Shown: positions 19,394 to 29,493 of the stretch, piece after piece
How the letters are laid out: every line of letters begins with the position of its first letter
How positions within the stretch are numbered: position 1 is the first letter of the stretch
NCBI GenBank assembly: GCA_963850305.1
Contig: CAWKKR010000004.1
Coordinates: forward strand, 1-64,000
Source: an uncultured delta proteobacterium
GTDB taxonomy: Bacteria; Myxococcota_A; Polyangia; Polyangiales; Polyangiaceae
Length of the DNA: 64,000 bases
Direction: 5' to 3'
The notes under the pieces: model-generated
Told to the model about the DNA's origin: nothing
The model's database searches: none
The model's input: only the letters and a program-made list of their open reading frames with translations
Translations under genes and position numbers: made by a program

Positions 19394-20506
19394 TCACAGG
19401 GCGGATGCGGCGCCGAACATCTCTACGCTTGGGCTTCCGACACCAGCGAACCGAACGCGAACGTGACCCAATCGTCCGTAGCGGGGCCGCAGGCTCGTCG
19501 CCACTTCCCGTATGGTTCTTTCGACCGCGCGCTCGCGAGCTACGGCCGCCGGTACGCGCGGCCGCCCCGCAGCGTAGAGGGCCTGCGTTCTCGTACGGAG
19601 TCGGGCAATGTCTGAACTCGACGGAAGGGCGATACCACCTTGCAGAAAAGGGGTCACCACCGCCACGGGTTCATGCCCGACCAGTGTGGACCAAATCGAA
19701 TCGTGGTCGGCATTGGTAGACCCGTGATGGGCCACCTTGTAGATGGCCGCATGGTGCATAGGTCGCGTTGGGCTTGCCACGACCGCGTGCCAGCCATTCA
19801 TCGGATTGGCACCCGTTTCCAGGTCCGCACCGAGAAGCGCGTGAGCGGTGCCGACGGATACCGAGAGAACCACCGAGGTTTCATTGGGACTGACAGCAAC
19901 GGCGGCTCGCTTTGCCTCGCGTAAACGCGGAACAAGTCGCCCCAGCCCCCGAAGCGAGCGCGTAATCGCGGCACTCGATGGTGACAGCGAATGAACCTCG
20001 CAAGTCGAGGACGGTGGCTCCGCGCGTCGATAGAGCAGCGCGTCGGCCATGGCCCACCGCGGTCCTGCCGAGGCGCGGTGTGCGCGCTTCGGGAGTCGTT
20101 GCTCCAGGGTCCGGAGAATCGTCGCGAACTCGTTGACGCCTGTCGCTCGGTCGCTCTTCATGAAGAGCTCCTCGCTGCTCGCTATCAACGTCCAGAATTC
20201 GTCGTGATTCAGGGCGCCGGAGCAGCAAAACTCGGCCCGCGTCGCGCTCTGCAGGATCTCGGCTGCGCCGCGCATGTGGTCGTCGTGCCAGTGCGTGACG
20301 ACGACGAGCTTCACCCTCGAAGCCACGTCGACGCCCAAGGCTTCCAGGTACTGCAGGCTCGCGGGGCGGCCCGTCTCGGGGTCCACGCAGGAGTCGACGA
20401 CGATCCACTCGTCGTCGCCGATGTGGACCGCAACGCTTTCGCCGAGACCGGGCCCGAAGACCGATACCTCGAGCTCACCCGGTGCCGGTCGCGTCGTCAG
20501 CGTCAT
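19394..20506 (-). CDS. MBL-fold metallo-hydrolase (ComEC/Rec2-like)
   Basis: FGPGLGES, VVDSC, THWHDDH (HxHxDH), GADLE, KVAHHGS. Confidence 0.85.
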   Translation of the reverse strand: MTLTTRPAPGELEVSVFGPGLGESVAVHIGDDEWIVVDSCVDPETGRPASLQYLEALGVDVASRVKLVVVTHWHDDHMRGAAEILQSATRAEFCCSGALNHDEFWTLIASSEELFMKSDRATGVNEFATILRTLEQRLPKRAHRASAGPRWAMADALLYRRAEPPSSTCEVHSLSPSSAAITRSLRGLGRLVPRLREAKRAAVAVSPNETSVVLSVSVGTAHALLGADLETGANPMNGWHAVVASPTRPMHHAAIYKVAHHGSTNADHDSIWSTLVGHEPVAVVTPFLQGGIALPSSSDIARLRTRTQALYAAGRPRVPAAVARERAVERTIREVATSLRPRYGRLGHVRVRFAGVGSPSVEMFGAASAL

Positions 20507-21086
20507 CTGTGCCGAACATGTCCTGGAGCTCACGCGCCCGTCGAGCTACTCGCTCGATGTCTCGCTTTGACCACGCCGGAAGTCTGCGAAGGCGCACGTC
20601 CGAGACGCGTTGGACCTGGCCGCTCGCACGGATCGTCTGATAGCCGATGTTCCAGTAGAGGACTGCTCCGGGCACCAATAGCCGGCGGTCCTCCGGGGGC
20701 ACCTCCGCAACTGGAAGGGTGGCCTCCTCCTCCGGAGATTCGGGCCGGGTCAAATCTCGAAGTACGGTGGTGAACTCGTCACCGGACACCTTTATAACGA
20801 CGCCCTCCCACTGCTGCAGGGGAATGAGATTGCGGTCATTCTCGCGCTGCGGGGGAAGCGTAACAGCAAGGTCGAGTTCTTCGTAGGCACGCAGCAGCGC
20901 GTCCCCTTCGAGCGACGGCGCAGGAGGCAGTGCAGCTTCCGGCTCTCGTGGCATCGGTGGACTCAGATCGGGGAGAATTACCTTGGGCGCGTGCGGAGCC
21001 TGCGCCGCCAGAACTGCCGATTGGGGCGCCGGCTGCAAGCCCAGCGAGAACGGAGTCTGTTCGTATCGAAGCGCCTTGGCATTCAT
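20475..21086 (-). CDS. Conserved hypothetical protein (low-complexity N-terminus, beta-rich C-terminal domain)
   Basis: LQQWEGVV...F...LRDL...PGAVLYWNIGY...RLRRLPAWS; ATGA overlap with the upstream gene; overlaps the MBL gene. Confidence 0.7.
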   Translation of the reverse strand: MNAKALRYEQTPFSLGLQPAPQSAVLAAQAPHAPKVILPDLSPPMPREPEAALPPAPSLEGDALLRAYEELDLAVTLPPQRENDRNLIPLQQWEGVVIKVSGDEFTTVLRDLTRPESPEEEATLPVAEVPPEDRRLLVPGAVLYWNIGYQTIRASGQVQRVSDVRLRRLPAWSKRDIERVARRARELQDMFGTDDADDATGTG

Positions 21087-21754
21087 TGCGTTGCTCCGGA
21101 GCAGCGTTCGAGAAGAGCGGTCGCTAGCTCCAACCCGCCGAGTTGGACGCGTTCCCAATCGTGTTGTACCACCGTCATGAAGTGTGCGGTGGGCTCGTTC
21201 GCGTATTCCGCCTGGGGGAGGATGTCCTCTGTGACATCGATGTAAACGCTATCCGGATACTTCAGTGAAGGTTCGACCCTGACGTAGCGTCGTCCTGGCA
21301 ATCCGCTACTGCGAGCTCCCTCCACTAACAGCGATCGAAGACCGGGCTTCTCCACCAGGCCTTCCCACGGGGCTTTCGGCATCACGAAGTGACCAAAAGC
21401 GTGCCAGCTGGTCGCGTCAGAAAGGTGGAAATGCATCGCGCGGTTGATCCCGAGCCGGGTGATCGGAGTGTGCTCGAGGAGCTGAAAAGTGCCAACCACC
21501 AGGTCCCGAAGCAGGAGATGATGCGCGGGATCGCTGGCCACCGCCTGGAAGCGCTGTCGCGTCACCGAAACGCTCAGCCAGTCCGCCCGGAATTGAGCGA
21601 CCTCGCTCGCCACCACGAGGTTCTCGACGCCGGCCGCCTCGGACTCGCGGATGAGCTCGTTGGCCGCGAACCACGCGGGCTGAAAAATTGCGGGGTTGAA
21701 GCTGCCCACGAGCACGACGCTCGCGATATCTTCCTCGAGTTTCGGGGCGCTCAT
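21083..21754 (-). CDS. TIGR04255-like hypothetical protein
   Basis: SVVLVGSFNPAIFQPAWF...LLEHTPITRLGIN motif; family name recalled, not searched. Confidence 0.65.
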   Translation of the reverse strand: MSAPKLEEDIASVVLVGSFNPAIFQPAWFAANELIRESEAAGVENLVVASEVAQFRADWLSVSVTRQRFQAVASDPAHHLLLRDLVVGTFQLLEHTPITRLGINRAMHFHLSDATSWHAFGHFVMPKAPWEGLVEKPGLRSLLVEGARSSGLPGRRYVRVEPSLKYPDSVYIDVTEDILPQAEYANEPTAHFMTVVQHDWERVQLGGLELATALLERCSGATQ

Positions 21755-21934
21755 CGGATTTGTTCAGGGTTTCTACGCGCGGTTGTCCAGCGCGCAAGGA
21801 CAGCGGGGCAAACAATCGTCGGAGGTTCGAAAATTTGCAAGCGGGAGGCGCGCGATCGTGTGGGGTCGGCCGATAGCCGCTCGCAGCGCGCCCATGCAAA
21901 GGCAAAGGCGCGCGAGCCGTTTTCTGTCGCCTAG

Positions 21935-22060
21935 TTTGAGCGTTTTTGTCACGGGCCCCCGCTCACCGCCCCCGGCATCCGGGTACTCTTCGTCGTGTCT
22001 GCCGAAGCCGGAGACGTCATCCGCATCGTCAGCGCCCGAAGGGCGTCGGCGCGGAGCGAG
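21935..22060 (+). pseudogene. BrnT-like toxin C-terminal remnant
   Basis: ERF...RVLFVVSAEAGDVIRIVSARRAS in a frame preceded by TAG with no start codon. Confidence 0.6.
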
Positions 22061-22095
22061 GAACCCCGCGCCGCACCCTGCTACGTTCTCGGTGC

Positions 22096-23233
22096 ATGGA
22101 CACGATCCGGCTCGCGGAGCTGACAGGGGCGGTCGCTCGAGCGGCAGATGCGGGGATCGGGTTTCCTCCGGAGACCTCGCTTCGGCTGTGCCTCGTTGCG
22201 GTCCATCTCGCTCGCGCGATTGGCTTGTCCGACGAAGAGACGCGCGATGTCTATCACGCGGCCCTCCTGCGTCACGCGGGCTGCACGGCGAGCGCTCACG
22301 AGGAAACTCGGATCGCCGGCAACGAGATCGAGCTTCGGAGCACCATTGCGATGGGCGACGCGGGGAGCCCGGGCGACATGCTTCCGAGACTCGTGCGGGG
22401 AGTCGCGCGCGACCAGAGGCTCGGCAAGCGCGTGCGCACCGTCGCGAAGCTCCTCGCGAGCGCCCCCTCGGTGCTGCCGGTCGCTCTGCGCGGCCGATGC
22501 GAGGTCGCGATTCGCTTCGCAGTGAGGCTCGGCCTCGGGCCACGAGTGGAGCGCGCGCTCGACGAGGCTTTCGAGCGGTGGGACGGCAAGGGCCTGCCCG
22601 CGGGACGAAAAGGCAGGGAGGTCTCGCTGGCAGCGCGGATCGTGTCGCTGGCGGAGCTCGCCGCATCGTACGTCGCGGTCGGTGGAACAGGTCAGAACGC
22701 ATGCATTCCACACGGATCGCATCGCGCGGTCGATCGGGGGCGCGATCGGCGACGTTGCCGAGCTCGCATCCGCCGCGCATGAGCGCGTGGATAAGTCCGG
22801 ATATCATCGCGGGCTCGCGGCGTCGGGCCTTTCGAAGTGGGCTCGGCTCATCGCGGCTGCGGACGTCGCGCAGGCGCTCACGGAGGCGCGGCCGCACCGT
22901 CCCGCATTCTCGAAGACGGACGCAGACAAGACGCTGCTCGAGCTCGCCGGACGCGGCTGTCTGTGCCCGCGCGCGGTCGACGCCGTGCTCGCGTCATGGG
23001 GTGGAGCGCGCTCGAAGGCGCGAGTGAGCTTTCCAGCGGGGCTCTCCGAGCGCGAGGTGGAAGTGCTCAGGCTCGTGGCACGGGGCCTGACGGACAAGGA
23101 AGTCGCGTCGAAGCTCGGCCTCTCGCACCGCACGGTTCATCACCACAACAAGCACGCATACGACAAGATCGGTGTTTCGACGCGGGCGGCCGCCGCGCTC
23201 TTCCTCGTCGAGAACGATCTGCTCGAGGGATAG
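22096..23233 (+). pseudogene. HD-domain/LuxR-HTH regulator, disrupted at about 22685
   Basis: ALLRHAGC, ERWDGKGLP in one frame; EQVRTH, HERVDKSGYHRG, ARPHRPA, GLSEREVEVL..TV.HH..YDKIG in another; middle region appears deleted. Confidence 0.75.
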
Positions 23234-23322
23234 ATTCGAACCTCGATTGCGAAGACCGTGAGTCGCCGAGGACCGATAGCACCCAGGTCGGCGTGTGCTC
23301 GGAGCAAGCGAGCTTCGGTGTA

Positions 23323-23334
23323 GGCAATCTTGCC
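23323..23334. promoter_or_regulatory. Palindrome, candidate operator
   Basis: GGCAA-TC-TTGCC between the LuxR-type regulator and the downstream gene. Confidence 0.3.
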
Positions 23335-23412
23335 GATGTGCCTGCTTGCGCCGTCGGTCATCCTGCATTTGCGACGGGCGGCGAGTCGCCCGCGCGAAAA
23401 AGGAGAATCGTC

Positions 23413-23832
23413 ATGAGCGCAGAACGTAACCTCAGAATCGTGCAGGACATGTATGCGGCCTTCGGTCGCGGAGACCTTGGATTCGTCCTCGATCAGATCG
23501 ACGACGCGTGCGACGGATTCGGCGTCGTCAGCGGCACCGACACGGGAGTTCCGTGGCACCTCGACCTGAGCACGAAAGGCAAGGCCGGAGCCGTCCGCTA
23601 CTTCGAAGCACTCGCGTCGTGTGTGGATCACGAGGCTTTCGACCAGTACGACCTCGCGGCCACGGGTGACCACGTGTACGCGACCGTGCGACTCGTGCAG
23701 AAAGTACGGGCGACCGGCAAGATCCTCGAGCAGCCCGAGGTCGTTCATCACTTCACCTTCCGGAACGGCAAAGTCGTCCGATGTCGCGTCAGCGAGGACA
23801 CTGCACTGACGCGAGCCGCCTTCGCGGATTGA
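23413..23832 (+). CDS. SnoaL/NTF2-like protein
   Basis: N..IVQDMYAAFGRGD, VVHHFTFRNGKV; AGGAG RBS. Confidence 0.85.
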   Translation: MSAERNLRIVQDMYAAFGRGDLGFVLDQIDDACDGFGVVSGTDTGVPWHLDLSTKGKAGAVRYFEALASCVDHEAFDQYDLAATGDHVYATVRLVQKVRATGKILEQPEVVHHFTFRNGKVVRCRVSEDTALTRAAFAD

Positions 23833-23887
23833 ACGGTCTCCGGCAGGCTCTGCTCGCGCTATTCGGCGGTGCCTTCGGAGAGGTACC

Positions 23888-24670
23888 TCACGTCATCGCG
23901 ATCTTCGCCTTCGCCAGCTCGTAACCGATGGAGCGCACGGTCGCTTGCCAGATGTCCCCGTACGCCGCGGTCGGCGCCCATACCCGGACTTGCCACATGA
24001 CGCAGCCGCTGCCGAAGCCCTTGAGGAAGACCTCCGCATCACGGCTTGCATCGCGACCTGGGACGGCGGCGCCCGCAGCAAGGAGGGCCACGCGTGATGC
24101 GTCGATGTCCTCGGCGGCGGCGATGTTGACGGCGATGTCGACGCGTCGGAGCGGATTGGCCGCGTAGTTCTCGATGGCGCCGCTGCCGATGGCCGTGTTT
24201 GGAACGTAGATGCGACGATTGTCGGCCGTGTCGATCGCGGTGACGAAGAGCCCGATCTCCGCGACGACGCCTTCCTTGCCGCCGGCCACGATGAAGTCGC
24301 CCACCTTGAAGGGGCGGAACACGAGCAACATGACGCCCGCGGCGAAGTTCGACAGCGTGCCCTGGAAGGCGAGGCCGACCGCGAGCCCGGCGGCGCCGAT
24401 GATCGCGGCGAAGCTCGTCGTTTCGATACCGAACAAGCTCAGGCACGCGAGCACCGCAGCGACGAGGACCATCCACCGGAGCACGCTGCCGAAGAAGAGC
24501 GACAGCGTTTCGTCGAACTGGCGCTGGCGCAGACCGGAAGTGACGTGTTGCTGGAGCCAGTTCGATGCCTTGAAGGACACCCAGAGCGCGACCAGAACGC
24601 CGAGGATCCGGAGGCCGACAGAAGTGATGAGGGGGATGAGTACGTCGACTTTTCCGAGTAGGTGATCCAT
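23888..24670 (-). CDS. mscS: Small-conductance mechanosensitive channel (MscS family)
   Basis: GAAGLAVGLAFQGTLSNFAAGVMLLVFRPFKVGD, DNRRIYVPN. Confidence 0.9.
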   Translation of the reverse strand: MDHLLGKVDVLIPLITSVGLRILGVLVALWVSFKASNWLQQHVTSGLRQRQFDETLSLFFGSVLRWMVLVAAVLACLSLFGIETTSFAAIIGAAGLAVGLAFQGTLSNFAAGVMLLVFRPFKVGDFIVAGGKEGVVAEIGLFVTAIDTADNRRIYVPNTAIGSGAIENYAANPLRRVDIAVNIAAAEDIDASRVALLAAGAAVPGRDASRDAEVFLKGFGSGCVMWQVRVWAPTAAYGDIWQATVRSIGYELAKAKIAMT

Positions 24671-24823
24671 GTTCACTCGATGCTCCACGGCCCGGCTTTT
24701 AGGTACCCCGGGCGGTAACGGCAATGAATATCTCGACCTGAGCCTTGCCAGTTCGGCTGGTGGACGCGCCCCTGGCGAAGGCCACGGTGTCACCCGACGC
24801 CGTCTGCTACGATTGCGGGTACG

Positions 24824-26821
24824 ATGAGCGACGCCAGGTTCCGCCGGTCTCGTGAGAGCTTCGAGCTCGGAGGGTCGGGTTGGCGGGGCCTGCTGTTCGG
24901 TGCCGGTCTGCTGTTGACGTCGGCATGTTCTGCCGGCGCGAGTAGTCCTCGGGGCATGAGCGCGGGGGGACAGGGCGGCGTGAATGCCGGAGGCGCCGGG
25001 ACTGGCGCCGTCTCCTCGTCGAGCGGAGGGGATCTCTCGATCATCGTCACGGGCGCCGGAGGAGTGGACGCCGGCACGGGCACGACGTCCGGGGCGGGAG
25101 GCGCGTCGCTGGGCCCGGTGAGCATCGACGAGTGTCTGCCCGCGAACCCCGCGGGAGTGGACGCGACGACCGTTCAGGCGCTCGAGAGCGGGAGCGGCAG
25201 TGCCGGCGACCTCCGCCTGCTCAACCCCTATGACGGCACGATCTTCCCGCGCGGTCTCATTGCGCCTCTCCTGATGTGGGACGGCGGCGGGACGGCGGAC
25301 GTCGTGTACCTGCACATCAAATCGAGCTCGTTCGAATACAAGGGATGCTTGAAGCCCACGGCGAGCGGTCAGCTCCAGATCGAGCAGACGATCTGGGATC
25401 AGGCTGCCGCGCAGACGGGCGGGCCCGGCGATCCGTTCACCGTGGAGCTCACCACGTCGTCGGGCGGCGTGGTGACCGGTCCGGTGACGGAGACGATCGT
25501 GATCGCCCAGGCGACGTTGAAGGGCAGCATCTTCTACAACAGCTACTCGTCGCTGCTCGTGACCCCGACCGTGCCGAGCGTCGGGATCTTCACGGGCGGC
25601 AGCGGCGCGGTGCTCCGGATCGTGCCAGGCCAGAAGGCAGTACCGTTCCTCGGGCAGACGCAGTGCACGGGTTGCCACTCCGTGTCCGCCAACGGCACGC
25701 GCATGGTCGCCAACGACCAGTCCCCGAACACGGCGAGCGGAGCGTCGTATGCGATCACCCTCGGCGGTCCGCCGAACCCCACGCCCATCCTGGCGAACGC
25801 GCCGGACGGCAGCTTCGTGGGAATGTACCCGGATGGCTCTCTCTACGTGACGAACGCGCACCCAGGGCAAAACATGGGGCCGCGCGCGGGGTTTCTCGGG
25901 TCACAGGGTACGGAGACCGCCGCGCTCCACGAGACGGACACCGGCAATGTCGTCGCGAACTCCGGCATCCCGACCGGCACCATGACGCCCATGTTCTCGC
26001 CGGACGGGTCGCTGCTCGCGTTCAACGACTACGCGATCGGCAACGGCCACGGCCTCGCCGTCATGAGTTTCGACAAGGGGACCCGTGCGGCGAGCGCTTA
26101 CCGGAAAGTGTACGAGGTCACCGACGGCACGTTCCCCGGGTGGCCCTTCTTCTTGCCCGACAACAAGGCCATCGTCTTCGCTCTCGGGACGGCCGCCGAC
26201 TTCTCCGGCATGGCCCTCGGCCTGAACCTGGGCGGGCTCACGCCGGTGACGAGCGACCTGTACGTGCTCGATCTCGCGAGCGGCACGGCGAGCCTGCTCG
26301 CGCAGGCGGTGGGCTTCGCCTCCGCGCAGGACGCACAGGCGGGGACCACATATCTACCGTTCGGGCAGGAGGAGTTGCACCACGACTTCTACCCGACGGT
26401 GTCTCCGGTCGCCGCGGGCGGCTACTTCTGGGTGTTCTTCGACTCCTACCGTCACTACGGGAACACCCACACGAACACCATGGTGCGGCAGCTATGGGGC
26501 ACCGCGGTCGACATCTCGTCGGCCGGTTCCTACACGACGGACCCGAGTCATCCTCCCTTTTACATCACGGGGCAGGAAGACGTGGCCGGTAACCACCGCG
26601 CGTTCACCGCACTCGATCCATGCGAGCAGGACGGCGCCACGTGCACGACGGGCATCGACTGCTGCGGCGGCTTCTGCACGGACGGTTCGTGCAAGGCTCC
26701 TCCGGCGCCCGAGGCCGGACCGCGGTGCGCGCATACCGACGAGAGCTGCGCCAGCGGCCTTCCCTGCTGCACCGCGAGCGACCATTGCATCGCGGGCTAC
26801 TGCGGGGAGATCCTGCACTGA
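24824..26821 (+). CDS. Myxobacterial lipoprotein with TolB/PD40-like propeller and Cys-rich tail
   Basis: Lipobox LTSAC; PYDGTIFPRG, CTGCHSVS, PMFSPDG, YFWVFFDS, terminal CC repeats. Confidence 0.7.
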   Translation: MSDARFRRSRESFELGGSGWRGLLFGAGLLLTSACSAGASSPRGMSAGGQGGVNAGGAGTGAVSSSSGGDLSIIVTGAGGVDAGTGTTSGAGGASLGPVSIDECLPANPAGVDATTVQALESGSGSAGDLRLLNPYDGTIFPRGLIAPLLMWDGGGTADVVYLHIKSSSFEYKGCLKPTASGQLQIEQTIWDQAAAQTGGPGDPFTVELTTSSGGVVTGPVTETIVIAQATLKGSIFYNSYSSLLVTPTVPSVGIFTGGSGAVLRIVPGQKAVPFLGQTQCTGCHSVSANGTRMVANDQSPNTASGASYAITLGGPPNPTPILANAPDGSFVGMYPDGSLYVTNAHPGQNMGPRAGFLGSQGTETAALHETDTGNVVANSGIPTGTMTPMFSPDGSLLAFNDYAIGNGHGLAVMSFDKGTRAASAYRKVYEVTDGTFPGWPFFLPDNKAIVFALGTAADFSGMALGLNLGGLTPVTSDLYVLDLASGTASLLAQAVGFASAQDAQAGTTYLPFGQEELHHDFYPTVSPVAAGGYFWVFFDSYRHYGNTHTNTMVRQLWGTAVDISSAGSYTTDPSHPPFYITGQEDVAGNHRAFTALDPCEQDGATCTTGIDCCGGFCTDGSCKAPPAPEAGPRCAHTDESCASGLPCCTASDHCIAGYCGEILH

Positions 26822-26858
26822 CGGCGTTCGCTCGGCGGCGACCTCTCGCATCTCTCGT

Positions 26859-27770
26859 TCACTGCTTGTCGCCGCCCAGGAGGGCGGTCTTCGCCCGCGC
26901 GAGCTCCTCCAATTTGGTTTGATCCATCTTGGGAAAGGCGAGGCCGAGCGAGCCGAGCGTGTCCACGATCGCCGCGGCCACGATGACGCGGGTGAACCAC
27001 TTGTTGTCGGCGGGAACGACGTACCACGGCGCATCGTTCGTCGCGGTGTTCCGGATCGTGTCTTCGTAGGCCTGCTGGTACTCCCCCCAGAACTCGCGCT
27101 CACGGATGTCGCTCGCCGAGAATTTCCAGTTCCTCTCCGGATTCTCCAGGCGCTGGAGGAAGCGTTTCTTCTGTTCCTTCTTGGACACGTGAAGGAAGAA
27201 CTTGCGGACGACGACCGCGTTGCGGCCGAGGTACCGCTCGAAGGCACGGATGTCCTCGTAGCGCCCCGCCCAGAGGTCCTTCGTCACGACCTCGGGGGGT
27301 AGCTTCTGTTTTACGAGGAGCTCGGGGTGGACGCGAACGACGAGCGTTTCTTCGTAGTAGCTCCGGTTGAAGATGCCGATGCACCCGCGTTCCGGCAGTC
27401 GCCTCATCGAGCGCCAGAGAAAATCGTGATCCAGCTCCTCGGCGGAGGGGGCCTTGAACGAGAAGACCTGACACCCCTGCGGATTCACCCCCGACATCAC
27501 GTGTCGGATCGTTCCGTCTTTGCCCGCCGCATCCATGGCCTGGAAGACGAGCAGCACGGCCCAGCTGTCCTGCGCGTAGAGCAACTGCTGAAACTCCGCC
27601 AGCGCGCCGACGCCCATGGCGAGCGCCTCTCTCGCGCGAGGCTTGTCTTCCGTCCCGAGGTCGAGCGTGTTGCCCGGGTCGACGTCCGCGAGACGAAAGC
27701 GCTCTCCGTCGGCGATCCGAAAAGGCCTCGACAGTTCTTGCGCCCGCTTGATGAGCTCCGTCGTATTCAT
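26859..27770 (-). CDS. ppk2: Polyphosphate kinase 2 family protein
   Basis: FQAMDAAGKDG, SFKAPS.EELDHDFLWR, FNRSYYEE, WYVVPADNKW. Confidence 0.95.
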   Translation of the reverse strand: MNTTELIKRAQELSRPFRIADGERFRLADVDPGNTLDLGTEDKPRAREALAMGVGALAEFQQLLYAQDSWAVLLVFQAMDAAGKDGTIRHVMSGVNPQGCQVFSFKAPSAEELDHDFLWRSMRRLPERGCIGIFNRSYYEETLVVRVHPELLVKQKLPPEVVTKDLWAGRYEDIRAFERYLGRNAVVVRKFFLHVSKKEQKKRFLQRLENPERNWKFSASDIREREFWGEYQQAYEDTIRNTATNDAPWYVVPADNKWFTRVIVAAAIVDTLGSLGLAFPKMDQTKLEELARAKTALLGGDKQ

Positions 27771-28008
27771 GCTCCCTCCTTCGCAGGTTCTAGCGCGGCA
27801 TGTTCACGAGGCCATGCGAGTCACGCGGCGAGTGTCCAGACTTGCCGGACGTTCGAGATCGCGCGTTGCCCGGTACAGTGCCAGCGGCTGCAGCAATCAC
27901 TCGTTTGCTCGTCAAGCGGGCGAAGTCGGCGGATTGTCTTATGGAGCCCAATATGGACGGTTTCGAAGTCGAGCAGCATCCAACACGCGGACAGAATGGA
28001 GTCGTCAA

Positions 28009-28455
28009 ATGAGCAGCGTGCAAATCGAACAGAAGAGCTATGAGATGCCGCCGCGAGAAGGGCTCAGCATCGCGCATTTTCTCACCGTCGCCGAGGTCGC
28101 ACGATCCGCTCGGTACTACGAGAAAGTCTTCGGTGCTCGCATTCTGAGCCTGGGGGATGGCAACGCGCCTGGGTACCTTCAGCTTGCGAATATCTGGATG
28201 ATTCTGAACGTCGGGGGCGCGCCGACCCCGGACAAGCCGACGGTAACTCTCAGCGTCCCCGATCCGAATCACATCAACAGCTTCATGAATTTCCGCGTCG
28301 CGGACATTCGCGCCTGCTACGAACTGTGGAAAAGTCGAGGAGCAGAGTTCATCACGGAACCGATACCCAAGTACGGCGAGATACGCTGCTACATCCGGGA
28401 TCTCGATGGTTACATCATCGAGGTCGGACAGAGCACCGACCTGACATACGGTTAG
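28009..28455 (+). CDS. VOC/glyoxalase family protein
   Basis: HFLTVAEVARSARYY, NFRVADI, YIRDLDGYIIEVGQ. Confidence 0.85.
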   Translation: MSSVQIEQKSYEMPPREGLSIAHFLTVAEVARSARYYEKVFGARILSLGDGNAPGYLQLANIWMILNVGGAPTPDKPTVTLSVPDPNHINSFMNFRVADIRACYELWKSRGAEFITEPIPKYGEIRCYIRDLDGYIIEVGQSTDLTYG

Positions 28456-28530
28456 TTCGCAACGAGTGGAGCAGCCCTCGGAGTGCGAGCACGCGGCTCG
28501 CGGGAGACCCGGAAGCCGAGAACGTGACTC

Positions 28531-29258
28531 TCAGCGCCCGCCGCAGGTGACCTGGCCCTGTTTCCCGGCGTCGACGGTCACGACGCTGACGTCGAGCGCA
28601 TAACTATTGTCCGTCGAAATCGCGCCGCACGCATCCGTGAGCGTGATGGCGCCGTTGTCGACCAGGAACGTGCTCGCGGGAGCGGCGCCCGACAGGTCCC
28701 AGCGAAGGGTGTTCTCGTCGAGCTTCGCCGACAGAGTCCCGTGGCCCGTTCCGATTCCGCCATCCTGGAGCGCGTACTCGTAGTCGAACGCGAACACGGC
28801 GCCCACGATCTGCGTCGTCCCGGGTGTCAGGTGGAGGGTGAGCGCACGGGCGACTGGATCGTACGAGGGACCCGGCGATGCCAGTAATCGCTGCAGTGCG
28901 GCGTGGCGCCGGGACATGATTTGCAGACGCCCGCGGCGAAGTCGTGCCACTCGATGGCGCCATCGGGCGCCGTGGCGCACGGCGCGAGCCCGGCTTCTGG
29001 CTGGCCGGGAACGGACTGATCGAGTGATGCGTCGGCGGAATCCGTGCCACCCGTCGCGGTCGTGCCACCCGAGCTCGGCGCTCCGCCGCTCGACGTCCCG
29101 CCCGTTCCACTCGACGCGCTCGAGCCGCCGGCGGCCGAGAGTGGCCCAGCTTCCCGGCCCGCATCGTTGGCCACCACCCGATGCGACGTGTTGCCGCTGC
29201 AACTCGCCGCGCACTCGAGAAGCACGAGGAGACCACCGAAAGGAAGAAATCGCGTCAT
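28531..29258 (-). CDS. Hypothetical lipoprotein (frameshift near 28884)
   Basis: Signal/lipobox AASC + Gly/Ser linker in ORF 28827-29258; continues as LASPGPSY...QVTCGGR in the adjacent frame. Confidence 0.5.
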
Positions 29259-29493
29259 GTTCTACCAACCTCCGAAAGAAAGGATCACGCCGATGCAACC
29301 AAACCGTAGCACGACGCGCCCGGATGAACGGGTGCCCGTGCCCGCGCCGCGGAATGGCGTGCGTCCGTCGGCGGAAAGGACGCCCAAAGCCTCCATCCGC
29401 TCAGGGGGGCGACGCGCGAGGAGGCGTCCGCCATCGTGAGCGAAATTACGCGCGCTTGACGGCCTCGTTGCCGATTCCAATAACCGACGGACG

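Noticed and set aside
17700..22060. Integrated mobile element (prophage/ICE/IS) carrying the defence genes
   Set aside because: No integrase, transposase, tRNA target or flanking direct repeats were found
25660..25685. CxxCH (CTGCH) as a haem c site in the TolB-like lipoprotein
   Set aside because: A single motif in a Cys-rich propeller protein with no other cytochrome features; cannot be supported without a search
24671..25870. 660-aa MscS fusion
   Set aside because: The upstream part is the antisense shadow of the 24824-26821 lipoprotein
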